This document shows positions 48,691-61,893 of a DNA stretch of 64,000 bases, piece by piece. The stretch spans positions 1,674,001-1,738,000 of the forward strand of contig JBLDXI010000024.1 in NCBI GenBank assembly GCA_047495785.1, given 5' to 3'. The translations under genes and the position numbers were made by a program. Position 1 is the stretch's first letter. The number at the start of each line of letters is the position of its first letter. This stretch comes from Lepidodermella squamata (Eukaryota; Animalia; Gastrotricha). The notes below the pieces were generated by a model. The model saw nothing but the letters and a program-made list of their open reading frames with translations, was not told where the DNA came from and did no database searches.

Positions 48691-49662
48691 TACAATTGCT
48701 TATCTGTGTCTCAGATTTTTACAGTAAGGAAATAGGATATAGGAAGACTCGAAATAATATTTGGCGAACAAAGTCGAGAAATATGGCGCTGCGGCCTCAA
48801 GTCGGCGAGTTCGCACGCGACCAATCATTCTAGGCGCGCGACTAGTCGATTACGTAACACGTTTAACGCGCACTTTTACACATGGAATGAATCACCGGGG
48901 CGCCATAATATCAACATTTTTTTACTAGGAAAATTATCGCCAAAAAACGTAGATGAAATTGACTGTTCATGTATGAATCACACTTTTAATGGTTTAATGG
49001 TTTAAAATTATTTTACATAATTTATATGGTTCATTTTCTTAAATAATTCACACAATCACACCAGATGATTTCTTAAGGTGGAACTTTTGAAAAGCTTATT
49101 TTTGCAGTACTACCAAAGAACGCCTATATTTTCCATAAAAACCATTTTTACCTACACAAAATAAATCCAAGCCGCAGGCAAGGCCGTTTAGGTGGAATTT
49201 ATTCACATAATTCCTCCACTTGGTAGAATATATGTATACATAATTTTTTGCAGTAGCTACGCATCAGGATAATTTTAATATAGCCCAAGCATTTCCTGCC
49301 TTGTAATGAATTCTATTGTCATTTTATTCTGGAATTTAAAATGTGGGACATGAGGATATGTCCGCCAAACTTTTCATGTCTAAACTGTTTGAATCTGGCA
49401 TAGTTGGTTCTTCTATAAAAAATCCGGGTCGGCACTTCAGGTCTTCATTATTTCTTCTCTCGCAGCTCACTTTCCATCGGGTGACTTTATCAAAATAAAA
49501 ATAAATAAAAGAGTTAATCATTCAATCAGCTTTATTCCTTTCTTTTATCCGAGTTTGTATGAAATTATAGAAAATTTTTATAGAGAGTTTTGATTATTTT
49601 TTCGCGACGAATAATTCAAATATTTTTTTACAATTATTTTACAATAAATATAGGTAAAGCAC

Positions 49663-52146
49663 TTAATTTGATGCTGTAATAAAATCGATGCATAAATGGC
49701 AGGGCAGTAGAAATAATAAGGTAGAAATAATAAATTGGTACACGATAATAAGGCTGTGTTGTTGTTCGAGGCGGAATAGTTTGTGAGAGGAGAAACCGGA
49801 GGAAGAAGCTAGGTCGGCATCGGTGTGGCCGAATACGGCCGCCGGCGACCCGGTGCCCTTTTCAGCGCGAAAAAACACCACAAGACACACACCGCCCTGT
49901 TCAGGGAAGCGTGACAGCGACGCCGTGGCCAAATTAACAACGGCTATTGCGTCATTTTGCGCCAACAGCAAATGCGACGGAAATGAATTACTCGATACCA
50001 GCCGGGTGTTGTCCAACCACGGGCTATCAATACCGACCCCGATGACCTTGCGCTCTCGTAGTAGCCAATCGATATCGCGCGAATCTACACCAGGGTGATC
50101 TATTACGTAATCGGCTGGTTTGTCCCACTTAGCGCCATGACCTGTTTCAATCAGGACAATCGACTCATCCGGGATAGTCCGATTAAGCCGCTTCTCCCAA
50201 CGATTGAACAGCCCGAGAGATACCGAACCGTTTAAAATCGGCTGATTATCTGCGATTTTAACGCATGGCGCTAAAGAATACCGAGGCGGTAATGAGTCGG
50301 TAGAATACCCGGTATAAATGAAGTGGTAGGGTGTATCGATATGCGTCCCGTAATGATCGGAAAAATTCAACCAGTCATAAGATTTCCCTTTCGACGAAGC
50401 TTTGTGCCGTAGAAAAGGCCTCGTGACGCCCTGATGTGATATCGGTATTGTTTCCGGGTAAAAATCGTGGTTTAGGATGAACGGATTGCCTTCAGCGCGT
50501 TTCGAGCACATTTTTTTAAGGTCGCCAGTCGCTGTAAGCAGACTGACCTCAGCTAGATTAACGAACTCCATGTAAGCTCCAGGTTGCGTCCGGGATGTCC
50601 GATTGTCGAATGGCGCAAATACCATGATGTAGCCGTAGTAAGTGACGCCGCCTTGCGTGACGTCGAGGTTGTCGGGTATTGCTAGGTTGTCGAGGATCGA
50701 AATGCCGCGTGAGTATAGGTCGCTTCTCAGGCCCTCGGCTATGGGGCGGTTTTTTCGCAGGAAACCGGTTATCACACGCCGTTGAGCTAAGAAGTCGATG
50801 AAGTCAGCTGACATTGTTTCGACCGCGAACCCAAATATCACCATTAGGTCACCCGGCGTCTAATAAAATAGAAGAAAAAAAATAGTTTTCGATATAATAT
50901 TATGCATTTTTCATTCAAGTTTTCCTACAAACCCAACTTTCTGATGTTAGGAAACGAAATTGTTTTAGATAATTTACGTTCAGCGTACATAAAAATAAAA
51001 AATAAATAAAAAAATAAAAATAAAAAAGATGGGCCTGTCCGGGATTTGAACCCGAGACCTCTCGCACCCAAAGCGAGAATCATACCCCTAGACCAACAGG
51101 CCGCGTGATAATTGAAAGGCCATAACTCCTTTATGACGCGAGTGCAATGCGTACGTCACTCTTGCAGAGAAAGCAAACAATGGGCACGCAGGTATAAAGT
51201 CATAATGAACATGAGCACAGACTCTCATCTTCTAGCTACAATCATAGAGCACAGCGAATTGCAAATTTCAAGAACAAGATGTGCACCCGAAATTAAAATG
51301 AAAATTTGAGCAAAAATTTTAAGAAGGATTTTTTACTATTTTACGAATCAATCAAAGCAGAAAAATGTTATTTGCTTCTAGACAATTTCCCAATGAAGAA
51401 ATATGATCGCCTAATTCGATCAAAATTAAATTTAAAAAATTATCCCGAAGCAATTCAAACAGGCCTTGAAAACTAGCCTCAAGTTGACAATAGCGTTAAA
51501 TCAAGAGCAAAAAATTTGTTATTTTATAGCGCAGAAAGTAGACTGCTCACCGTATTTCTTTCCTTTAACATGATTTAATAATAATTTTCATTCAATTTTC
51601 CGGAAAATTGCTATTACTTACGCTTAAAAACTGATTAGTTATCCGATCAGCAGTGACCATCGGCTCGTTGTCGAGAACGTACGTCGTGACGCAGCCTTTC
51701 GCCGAAAACGACGGCGGCTCACGGCCGGAAAACGTCGTATGCCTCTCGTCCGAGTCTGAATCGCTCGACCCGGTATTTATCACCAGGTTATTCACAATCA
51801 ACCGCGCCATGCCGTCATCGCCAACACGCGGCTCTACAACATGTTCGAAAACCGCGCAGACATCACTTTCGCTGTAATTGTAAATCATGAGACCCATGTC
51901 GAATCTCTGCAACTGCTGCTGTTGTTCCTCGAGGGCGTTAGCAGGCGGTAACACGACGCGAGACACGAAATAGTCGTCATCTTCGTCGCCGAACGTGGCG
52001 TCGTAGAATAGGCGCGTTTCGTCGACCTGCGCGTTTTTCGGCGGCGCCGACAGAGGTTGCGAATTGGCGATAAATTGCGACTGGTAAACTATTAAATCGA
52101 TTAAAATTAGCGGGAAAATCGAAATCACGCATTTGCTGCCTCTCAT
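49663..52146 (-). CDS. Secreted or membrane-anchored Cyclase-family protein, gene G
   Basis: Exons 52146-51622 and 50859-49663. Signal peptide; HYGTHIDTPYH; HPGVD; GVGIDSP; GTGSPA; hydrophobic C-terminal segment. Confidence 0.85.
51031..51102 (-). tRNA. tRNA-Pro: tRNA-Pro (anticodon UGG), inside the intron of gene G
   Basis: Reverse complement GGCCTGTTGGTCTAGGGGTATGATTCTCGCTTTGGGTGCGAGAGGTCTCGGGTTCAAATCCCGGACAGGCCC folds as a cloverleaf: anticodon arm CTCGC-TTTGGGT-GCGAG, T-loop GTTCAAA. Confidence 0.96.
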
Positions 52147-52855
52147 CGCCAGCTGATCAATGTTTCACATGAAAAAATTAGCCTTTCATTGCCTAGAAAA
52201 ATGGTAATAAAATGGAATTAAATCACTTTCATTCCGCTGAATCATCAGGGAATAGTACTTTTTAAGCAAAGACTGAATGCTTGCGAGTATCATCTATTGT
52301 TCTTGGTCCTATATGTATGCAGTTTTTCGGATTTCGCAGAGTAAACTCAGCCACCTTAATGTTGACCCTGAGCATATACTTTCGAAACTAACACCTTAGC
52401 ACTTGCAATGTTTTTCAGCAAATACCTAGTGAAGATTACAATGTTTCCATGAGCCCCATTATATCCTATGCGTATAGCTTCAAAATTTATAAAATATTCC
52501 AGAAGCTCCGATTCCTGAATTGCACCAAAATGAGGGACAATAACATCGCGATCTCATCACTCGAAATTCAGGTGAGAGCTTTTAAAACTATTTACAAAAA
52601 TGACCATTAGTACAATAAAGTAATCAATAAAAAGCATTAAAAAACGATAGATGCGGTGCCGCGCTTGGCACTTGTCAGCTATAAATTTCGCAAAAAAATT
52701 TCTGATCGAACCTATCAATGAGAGAAATCTGTGTAATTTATGCTAATGATAGGCACGTTTTTATAGGTATCGAAATTTTTTTACATTATCGAATTACCCA
52801 TCGGTGGGCGATTTTATAATAAGCGCAGATTTTTCTAATGTTGATGGGCAATAAA

Positions 52856-52918
52856 TGATAACACTATTAGCCAAGTAGCATTCTTACAGCCGCGTGATAA
52901 TATGATAATAGATGATAA
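52856..52918. promoter_or_regulatory. Cluster of four TGATAA (GATA) sites upstream of the cyclase array
   Basis: TGATAA at 52856, 52895, 52903 and 52913, about 0.7 kb 5' of the gene G start. Confidence 0.35.
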
Positions 52919-55550
52919 AGATGCGCTCATCTCGTCTTTCTAATAACAAAACAAAAGACGAGAGAGAGCGCGCGCATTAAGGCGGGTGTCTGCTGCGCTT
53001 GCGGGGCTTTCTTAACCGCGCGCGAATTTTCGGCCATGGATCCCCCTCTCAACGCGGCACATACATATAATACAGAATGATACAACGCGCCAAGTAGCAA
53101 AGGCGGCGGCTATTAGCAGCTCGCAAACAACAAACATTTGAAAAACATTTGCCTCTACTATTAAAAACGCGTTTTCGCCGCAAAAGTCAGTAGTCACACG
53201 CCGCCACTTTAAATACTGCAATAGAATACCGATGATGATAATGTTTCAACGCAGATTAATAATAACAACAATAATACCTTTTTATCTATAATTTTCTGCA
53301 AAACATTGAAAACGCTTATAGGTATTTCGGTAGGGTAGGTATGGATTTTAGAGAACGCACTACTATCTATTATTTTACCCCGAAAATAGCCCGCGGCTGG
53401 GCGATGATATTATTATTACCTCCCATTCGCGCAAGTATCGATGAGCTCTTCAGAAGAAGTAGAACCAAGGCGCCGATATGTTGATATTGGTCGACATCGC
53501 AAAATAAAGCGCGTGCGCGCGCGCAAACAATTAACGCTCACCGCCTTAAAAACTTCCCGCACGCTCTCATGCGCAAATTATTCGCACAGCTGTATATTAG
53601 GAACAAAAGCCGAAAATTACTAATAAATAATGCCAACCAATACTCTGAATTTCAGGTGTCTGCTTGGCAGATCGGTGGCTCTACTACTAATGAATCGATA
53701 ATAGTATACCTATAGAGCTGAAAGGATTAGTCCGCGGCAGAAGCGAAAAGTAAATTTCAGCATTAAATCGCAAATATTTCGAAGTAAATACAACTAGTAA
53801 ATAAAGCGCATGTCCCGTGTATTGTTTAAACTGACGCAGCTAAAAAACCAGTTAGCCATGAAAAGAACGTGTAAACAATGCGCAAAATCGAAGCTAAATA
53901 GGAAAAAATCGGTTTCGCTCGCGCGATGTTATCTAGAACTCGACTATTTTTCGGTGCCCTGTCTAGTACTTCGGAATAAATAGAGGCCGACGACAAACTA
54001 TTTTTTACAGCGGCTATTCACGATCAATCATCACCTGCATTCATCAGCAGCGATTGCTATTATGATATTGATGACGGCCTGCTATTATTGCTATTTAATT
54101 TGCGCCCAGTTGTTATGATGCGCGTTTGCGGTGCCATTCGTGCGTAAAAATGAATTGCGCGTGCCTCTCGGATTTTGACTCCGGCTGACTGGGGAAAGGT
54201 CAATAGCCACCACGCTGTGAGTGACCGCAATTCGCGGCCACGGACCATTAGCCGATATAAGATGTACGTGTTGTTGATACCTCCCTAATGAAATAAGTAA
54301 TTAGCCGATCTATGACACTGCTGTAAAAATTATGGCACAATATTTAGTTTAAAAAGAACGAAATGATTACGCTTATATCATTCATACGATCTTACAAGCC
54401 AAATATAGCTAAGAAAAATTGCAGGCCCTCGAAAGCTTGAAAGAGCTATTAGGCTCGTTTTCTCGGGCGGCTGTGATAATTCAAAATCGATAAATTCGTC
54501 TGAAAAAATTCGCATATACCTCAAAATGAATTGATTATTTTTCAAAAAAAACCGGCACGCTCTCATGAAATAATAACAACTGTGATACGGTAATTTGATA
54601 CAAAAGATCTTATTCTTTTGTTTACTATTTTTATGGCCGGAATATTCTGCAGTTTAACACACCATGGGTGCGTCTCGAAATCTCAAGAGTCCATATTCTT
54701 GTTACTTATCAGAAGTGCGCGCTGGTGGCGAAAATCTCACGCGCATCTCACGTTTCACAAATAAGAAAAATCTGCACCCGCGGCTATAAAGAAAATAAGA
54801 GACACGACCTTGAATCCTTATCAAAAATTTTATTCCATCTTCTCTCAACAAAATGCGTTATTATAACGAGCAAAAATTATGACTGAAATATTATGGCTAT
54901 ATCAATTGTTCACGGATTGTATATAAATATATATTACTAACAATGCGTAGTTGGTTACATTTGTTCGCTACAATTCGGGCATTTTCAATGCTGCATCAAC
55001 CCAACTCTAGAATAAAAAAGATATCATCATTATTTTTGAGACGAAAAATTCGTCTTTTCACTAGGATAAAAAATCTCCACACGAAAAAAACCAAAACAAC
55101 AACTCGACTTGGATAACAAGAGATGGAGATACAAATAGTGTCAGACTGAAAAAAAATTATAACTAGACGAGATTCACAAAAATTACGTCAGATTCATTTT
55201 CCACTCAAATTTACAAAATTAACAGCAGTTTTTTTTAGGTATAATTATGCGAAGATATATAGAAAAAAGTGATAGTCAGATTCAATATTAATTTCTCTAT
55301 AGACCAGAAAAATACGAGGAATCATATAGGTATGATAAAATACATCGGGATATAATTTGACTATTTACTGTAGAAAAACACAAAATTCGTCGTTAAAATT
55401 GGCATGTTTCGTGTAACGTTTTTTCTCACTCAGGTATGATATATTGGATGACGCAGTGATGTGTGTGTTTGGCGCTAAATATTTGAAAATATTATCGAAG
55501 AAATTAAATCACAAAACTGCAAGAGAGCTGAAACGACAAACGAAAATTAT

Positions 55551-58500
55551 TCAAAAATTCAGCAATTTTTTCACTTGAAATTGAAACAGCGATTTTTTAA
55601 CTTGAAGCGCACTAGGCCGCGCATCCGGAGATTCTTGCCACAGCTCCTCGACTATCCGACTCAGCGTCGTGATGACGTGGTGATGATTCGAGTCGATACT
55701 GTTCGGAGGTTCGCGGAACCGGCTGGGTATAGTCGGGCGGCGTTTTTCGACGCAAACCACGCGATGCATGTCCCTCGGGTTCGGGTCCGGCCCGATGCCG
55801 AACTCCATGAAAGGCAGGTCGATAGGATCAGCCGGGGCTGTCACCGGGTCGATTTCGGTGCGCCGTAGAATCTCCCAGAAAACGAGACCACAGGCGTACA
55901 GGTCAGCAGCCGTAAACGAGGTAAACCGGTCACTATTGAAAGAATTCTCCAGCAATTCGTTAGCCATATACCTAAAAATAGGAAAAACATTTAAGGAGGA
56001 TCGAAAAGTATTTTCGATTTATGTATTTTCGTGGATCGCATTTTTTTCGTTTTCTCGATTTCTTTGAGTGTATAAGTAAGAAACGTGAGCTGGGCAATTT
56101 TTTTCCAATTCTTTTCCATATTTTTGTCAACAACGTTCTGGGCTTTCTGCTATTAAGCTTATCAGCGAAATCTTCCCCGGAACGCAACTTTTAAGGTTGC
56201 GAGTGGCGCATTTAAGACTACGGTGGGTATTTATCGCCAGTTAAATTGCTAAAATTCTCCCCTCAAGATCGCCGACCGCCCCAACATCGCACTGTTCTAC
56301 GACTACTTCAGACGAAACTTCATTGGGTATCATGATCATGGATATCAAGTTATGAAATTGAAACTAGAAAATAGGCTTGATCAGTTTCCAGGCAACGACT
56401 GCCTCGATCGGACGTGTCATTCGAAGGTTGGCATTTCGCAATCCTCGCGCTGTTTCGGCGTCAAACCTGAATTTTTCTTGTTTCTAGAAAAACTGCGTAA
56501 CGAAGCCAACTGACCTGGGCAAACGGTCGCACTGCATCGCAATAGAGCCCAGGTGCAACGATACAGACGCGCAGATTACGCCGCCTTGGATGCTGCGCTT
56601 CTGAATTTTTTCAAGGCACAAGTTCGCGAGAACATATCGGCTCACATTCAATATCGTCGACGTCAAATGAAAGCGGGTAAATGCCCCTTGGAACCACCTA
56701 CACAAGCTACACCAGAGTCGACCCTAGACTCCAGTAAATGTAAGCCGATCGCCCTGCTAGGGACGATAACCGAGCTGAGAGGATTTATTTCGACATTCAA
56801 GGTGCCTATGATTTGGAGGCCATAACGCGATAAAAAGTATTCCTTGAAATTCGACCAAAAAAACTGGAAATGACAAATGTCCAATAACAGTTTCATCGCT
56901 GGAGGCCTACAACGTCCACTTGTTCGCCCTGCACTCACGTTGTGCCAATGTTTTCGAATAAAAATTGACAAAATCGATGGCGTATCTGTTGAAATAGGAC
57001 GCTAACATAGCGCAGCCACTTTTGACCGAGGCGGGGAAAGTCTCAATAAAGAGGCCGTGAAGGGAACAATTGAACGCGACCGGTTTTTTTGGTTTCGAAA
57101 CTCAGCCTCGGGAAGGTTAAGGTTAGCCTCAGCTTAATACAACAGGTACAGCAATAAGTAAATTGGCTCGGTTATCTGGAATAATAAGCTCCACCTCAAA
57201 GTCATAAATCAAAGCTCATTTCTCGCACCAACACCATCACAAGAAGTCTGAATATTCCAAGTTGAATTTTTTCAAATTAAATTAAATTTTTTTAATTTAA
57301 AATTTAAATTCAATTTAAATTTAATTTCAAATTTGATTAAAATGGTTATTATTTCCGAAATTTAAATTTTTCTTGGAATAGCCAATTTGTGGCTAATTTT
57401 CCCAGCTTGATTTTTACATGATCCCATATTTTTTATTGTCTCCAAGTAAAATGAATAAATTGCGACTTACCGACGAGTTCCAACGCAATACTGAGAAGAG
57501 GCAGGTGATTGTTCCATTTTATTTGAGACAGACGAATACGTGACGGCGAAGCCAAAGTCGGCGAGGCAACACGTGAGATTGTCCTTGACGAGAACGTTGC
57601 GCGACTTCAGATCGCGGTGCGCAATCGCCGGCTTGCCCGGCGTGCCGCTCATTTCCAGGTGCAGGTGCGACAGGCCGGCCACCATTGAGTACATGAGCTT
57701 GACGGCGGCCTGGAGGTTCACGCTGTGCTGCGACAGGAAATCGAACAGTGAGCCGTTCGCGTGGTATTCAGTGACCAGCCACAGCTCCGTGGCGAGGCCG
57801 TTGTCCTTCGAATCCGCGCCTCGGAATGCTAGAATGTTCTCGTGCTGCATGCCGTGCGTCGTGTAGATTTGCCGCTCGCGGATCCACGCGCCTTCGTCAC
57901 GTGACGAGAAAATTTTCACCGCAACTTGATCGCAAAACTAAGAAAAAGATGGAAAAAACATTATTTCACCGATTTTTTTTTCAATTTTTTCAATTGTAAA
58001 AATCAGTTTAATTATAGAAAATTATCTAATCGAATTTGTCCATGGATTACCCTCATTACCGTTCATCATAATATTAAATTGCGCTCCTTCGATAGAGTTA
58101 GCGTAAATGGTCGAATTAAACCGACCGAGCCACAAAGGTCAGGGTCACCCTACACCTTACAAGCAAACCCCCTCGGTGGGCGGATCATCGGCTTTTCGAA
58201 AAGTGAAGTTTTACTTCCAGCAGGGGAATCAGGCGGTGGCGTCTAACCGGTACCAGTTGGATACCAGAGCGCCCAAATCGGCCGTTCTACAGTCGGCCTT
58301 GGCTCGTACCTCCACCTACCCCGGAAATTGTCGAAAGCAGACGAAGAACATCTCAGCTTCAGCTCCGCGATCTTGCACAAATTCCCGAAGTCTCAAATAA
58401 CGAAGTTGGCTCAGAAAACTTTCGCGGCGAAGTTTGATATTGGAGACCAGCAAGCTGTCCTCAAGTTCCGGGAAAAGTTCCGGGAATTCATGACGCGACC

Positions 58501-61500
58501 TTGCTGAAGTCTGTGGATAACATCAGTCTCTCACCTAGCCAGCCGATGGACCCACCACGACTTTTCATTTCATAGTTATTCGAGCTTGGAGTTTTTCTCG
58601 CGAAAATGAGCAAATCCAGGTTATCGAGTGCAAACACCCAAGTGTTGAATAAATTACACGGTTCACGCATCGCAGTTCAAAGGTTTCCGGGTCACTTAAC
58701 GTTTCCTCTTCATGAATATCATTTTGATCACGTGATTTAAAAAGCCACAAAATGTACCAAATCATACCATTTTATATGTATTTGCGGTAAATTATCATAG
58801 CTAAATTGAATAATAATGCCGCGAATTCCTCAATCACGTGAGCTTCAGGGAAGGTTGCAGAGAAACTGAGAGTAAAATTTTTAGCACCAGAAGATTTTCA
58901 ACTTTTTGACCAAGTTAATATAATCAACCCCCAAAATATGTTGATGGCCCAAGGACTCATAATTATGATCGATTTATGCTAGGGTATCTATATCAGCCTT
59001 AGACAGTGAGACGATCGCAACGGGTTCTCCCTTACTTAAGGAGGCTGGAATCATCCCGTTTTCTTGAAATTCACAAGAAAACCGTTCAAAGCTAAGAATC
59101 GGCTTTCGTCCTTTTCTAGATTTTCTAGAAATTCGCGAAAAGCCTCCTTTACTTGCTACAGATCTGATACAAATTTGCATAAAATCTGAAATTTTCCATT
59201 TGAATCTAAAAAAATAGGAAAAACATACCATTTCGCCGCGATGAACCGTGCCATATCGTCCACGGCCGATGATTTCATGCAGGCGAATTTGATACGCCAT
59301 GGTGCGCCTTCCAAGTGCCGGATTTCCCTTGCCGGAGCCGGAATCTGTTGTCGACTCGCTAATCATGTCAACCACGCAATCCGTCTGCGGTGACGCTGCA
59401 GCCATCCGGTAACTAAGACCCAAAGTCGCGTTGATATTATTATTATGCGACACGCTCATCATCGAAAACGACGAGCTTTGATTGCTAGGATGCGTAGTTC
59501 TCTGCGGCATCGCCGCGTTCTGCTGTTGCCCCAGCGGTGTTCGCTGATTATTCCCAGTCGAACTTTTCAGATTAGAATAACCGCTATCAGTTACCGACGA
59601 GCTGTTATTTAGGCTGGTATTCTGCTGCTGGTTCGGCTGAACCTCGACGAGCACATTCATCGGCCGGCTGTGGTTAGACACCTCGAGGAATGGCTGCCGC
59701 GACGATGCCTCACTCTGGCGCGACCGGCTCCGCTCCGCCGTCTGTCTCGCCTCGCTGCAGCTGCACAAACAGTGAGCAGGATTGAATAGCCGCCCTAGGA
59801 ACAACTTCCATGCGGAGACGGAGCAGTGGTGCACTTGCCGCGTGTAGATGAGGGCGACGCCGAGTAGGCATATCGCAACAACGATTGGCACGCTGAGTAT
59901 CACGATGAATTGAACGAGGGTCAAATCGCCAACCATATGCACAGCTAATCGAAAAAAATAAGGATTCAAATTACTCGAAAAAACACGATATTTTTAAGCG
60001 TCGATATTGCCAAAAAATAAAGCTAGCGGAAATAATATTTTCATCGAATGAAATTTGAGAGCTTGAAATAGTAGAGTCACATTTTTAAAAACAACACGCG
60101 TTAGAGTGAAATGCATAGAAACTGAAGCCAAGTGTTTTTTTAGACGACAATATATCTACCCGACACCTTGATAACATCGGGAATTCGAACCAACCTGAGG
60201 CAACGATTGAGCTCTTTTCCTCAATAATAGGAGGCGGAATGGCTGTTTCAAAGTCTTCGACAGCTTTTACTAAATGGCCAATGAGAGATTTGAAGTAAAA
60301 TCGATAATTGGTAGCGGAACCTGCTTTGCCTAAATTTCGGATAATTTCGGGTATTTTAGGATCAAAATTAATGAAAATTACCGTAGGATTATTTTTAATT
60401 TCCTGTGTTCCCTGTCCCTCAAGACAATTTTCGAGAACTATAAAATGAGTTTACATTTTACATCAAGCTTTCAAATTAAAAAATCACGGAATCAGGTCAC
60501 AATCCAGTTCAAAAAATTGCAGGATATCAAATTTTATTTAATTCATGTTTATATAAACATCGGGTGTACTTAGATCTCTAGCTACAAAGTTGAATAGTAA
60601 TTTTCCCACGGTTCCAAAGAGAATAAATAACAAATTTACGCCAATAAAATGATTTTTGATAAAATGTAGTATGCAGTCCAATCGAAAAATTGCTGAAGAA
60701 TCAAACCTGGAGTGAGCGATTTGCAGTATTCGGTAATGCTCGAAAATATCGCTACTTGATAGCCGCCAGCTTTGACTTGATTAGCCGAGTAATTGCAAAG
60801 CTCGGGTACGATTTTCGGCTGGATATCAACCATTGTCCAGTTGTTACACAGCGACTCGCCGCAGCAGTGCATGACGAAGATCACATCGCCTGCGCCTCCG
60901 CCGCCGAAAGCGCCGGACGAGTGGGTTATTACAGGCTGAGGGGTTGACTGAAGGGATAAACTGCTACATCTGTAACACAATTACGAAATTTGTGCATTTT
61001 TCATCACCGATAATTGACAGGTTGTAAGTTTTCGGATAATTCAATTAAATGACGCTAAGGGCCTAAAGACAATTCTTCATTCATGCTTCATTTTTGTCTT
61101 AGTTGGCTTTTTTGCGCCAAATTTCTGATTAATTCAATTAAATATCCGCTCGTAAAAAATGTAAGACGGACTTTTTGAACAACTCTGTTATTCAGAATTG
61201 AATAATCCGTTCAATTTCCTAGAAAACCCAGAATTAAACGCGCTGGCCAAAAAAAATCATTAAAAAATTCCCAAAAAATTTGAAAAATTGCAAAAAGTAA
61301 TGATATGCAAACTCGAACTCGAAATTCCACGACATAAGCGGAGCGAGAAATTCCTGCGAAAAGATATTTCACGCATTGTGTTCAATGAAGGCCCAGAATT
61401 TTTAGAAATATTCCACAATAATTTCCAGAATCCTATTGAGATTCAGCAGGGAAAATTTTCGAAACTTAATCTTCGCTACATTTTTTAACACAAATCCTAT

Positions 61501-61893
61501 ACCCTAGAGCAGCTCAAATTATGAAAATACTTCAAAATTGAAAAAAATTTAGAGATATATTTACCCTTGATGTTCGAGGGTGACCATGTTGTCCTTGGCA
61601 TGGAACCAGAAGTTGGCTCGGCAACATCCATGCACTGACTTGCAAGTTGGCGAATCGGCCGAGCAGTTGAGCGCGCGATGCGGCCGCGAGCCACACGAGC
61701 AAAATATCGGTTCCGGCTCAACCAACGGTACGGTGTAACTCGCAGTTGTCGCTTGACTCTCATCAATCAGCTGCACCGACACTAGAAAGGTCACCAGGAA
61801 CAACAGGTGCAGCAGGTGCAACAGCGTAGGTTTGCTCTGTATTCGGAAACGATTGGCAACGATCACGTCGCAAAGGTACGGGGAGTAAGCCAT
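55551..61893 (-). CDS. TGF-beta/activin type I receptor Ser/Thr kinase (ALK4/5/7, Baboon-like)
   Basis: Exons about 61893-61565, 60970-60760, 59945-59229, 57937-57471, 55971-55551. Signal peptide, Cys-rich ectodomain ending CCGESLCN, TM helix, GS box TTDSGSGKG, IGRGRYG, VAVKIF, L45 loop ADSKDNG..TELW, KPAIAHRDLKSRN, ADFG, VGTRRYMA, ARPSALQVKK. Confidence 0.9.
56280..56700 (+). mobile_element. Possible decayed pogo/Tigger-like transposase fragment in the receptor intron
   Basis: RYRRADYAALDAALLNFFKAQVREN resembles a CENP-B-type HTH; no termini found. Confidence 0.3.

Noticed and set aside
3651-52146. Bacterial contamination or recent horizontal transfer of the cyclase genes
   Set aside because: All copies have spliceosomal introns, signal peptides and mostly GPI-type tails, and are interleaved with metazoan genes; an ancient transfer cannot be judged without a phylogeny.
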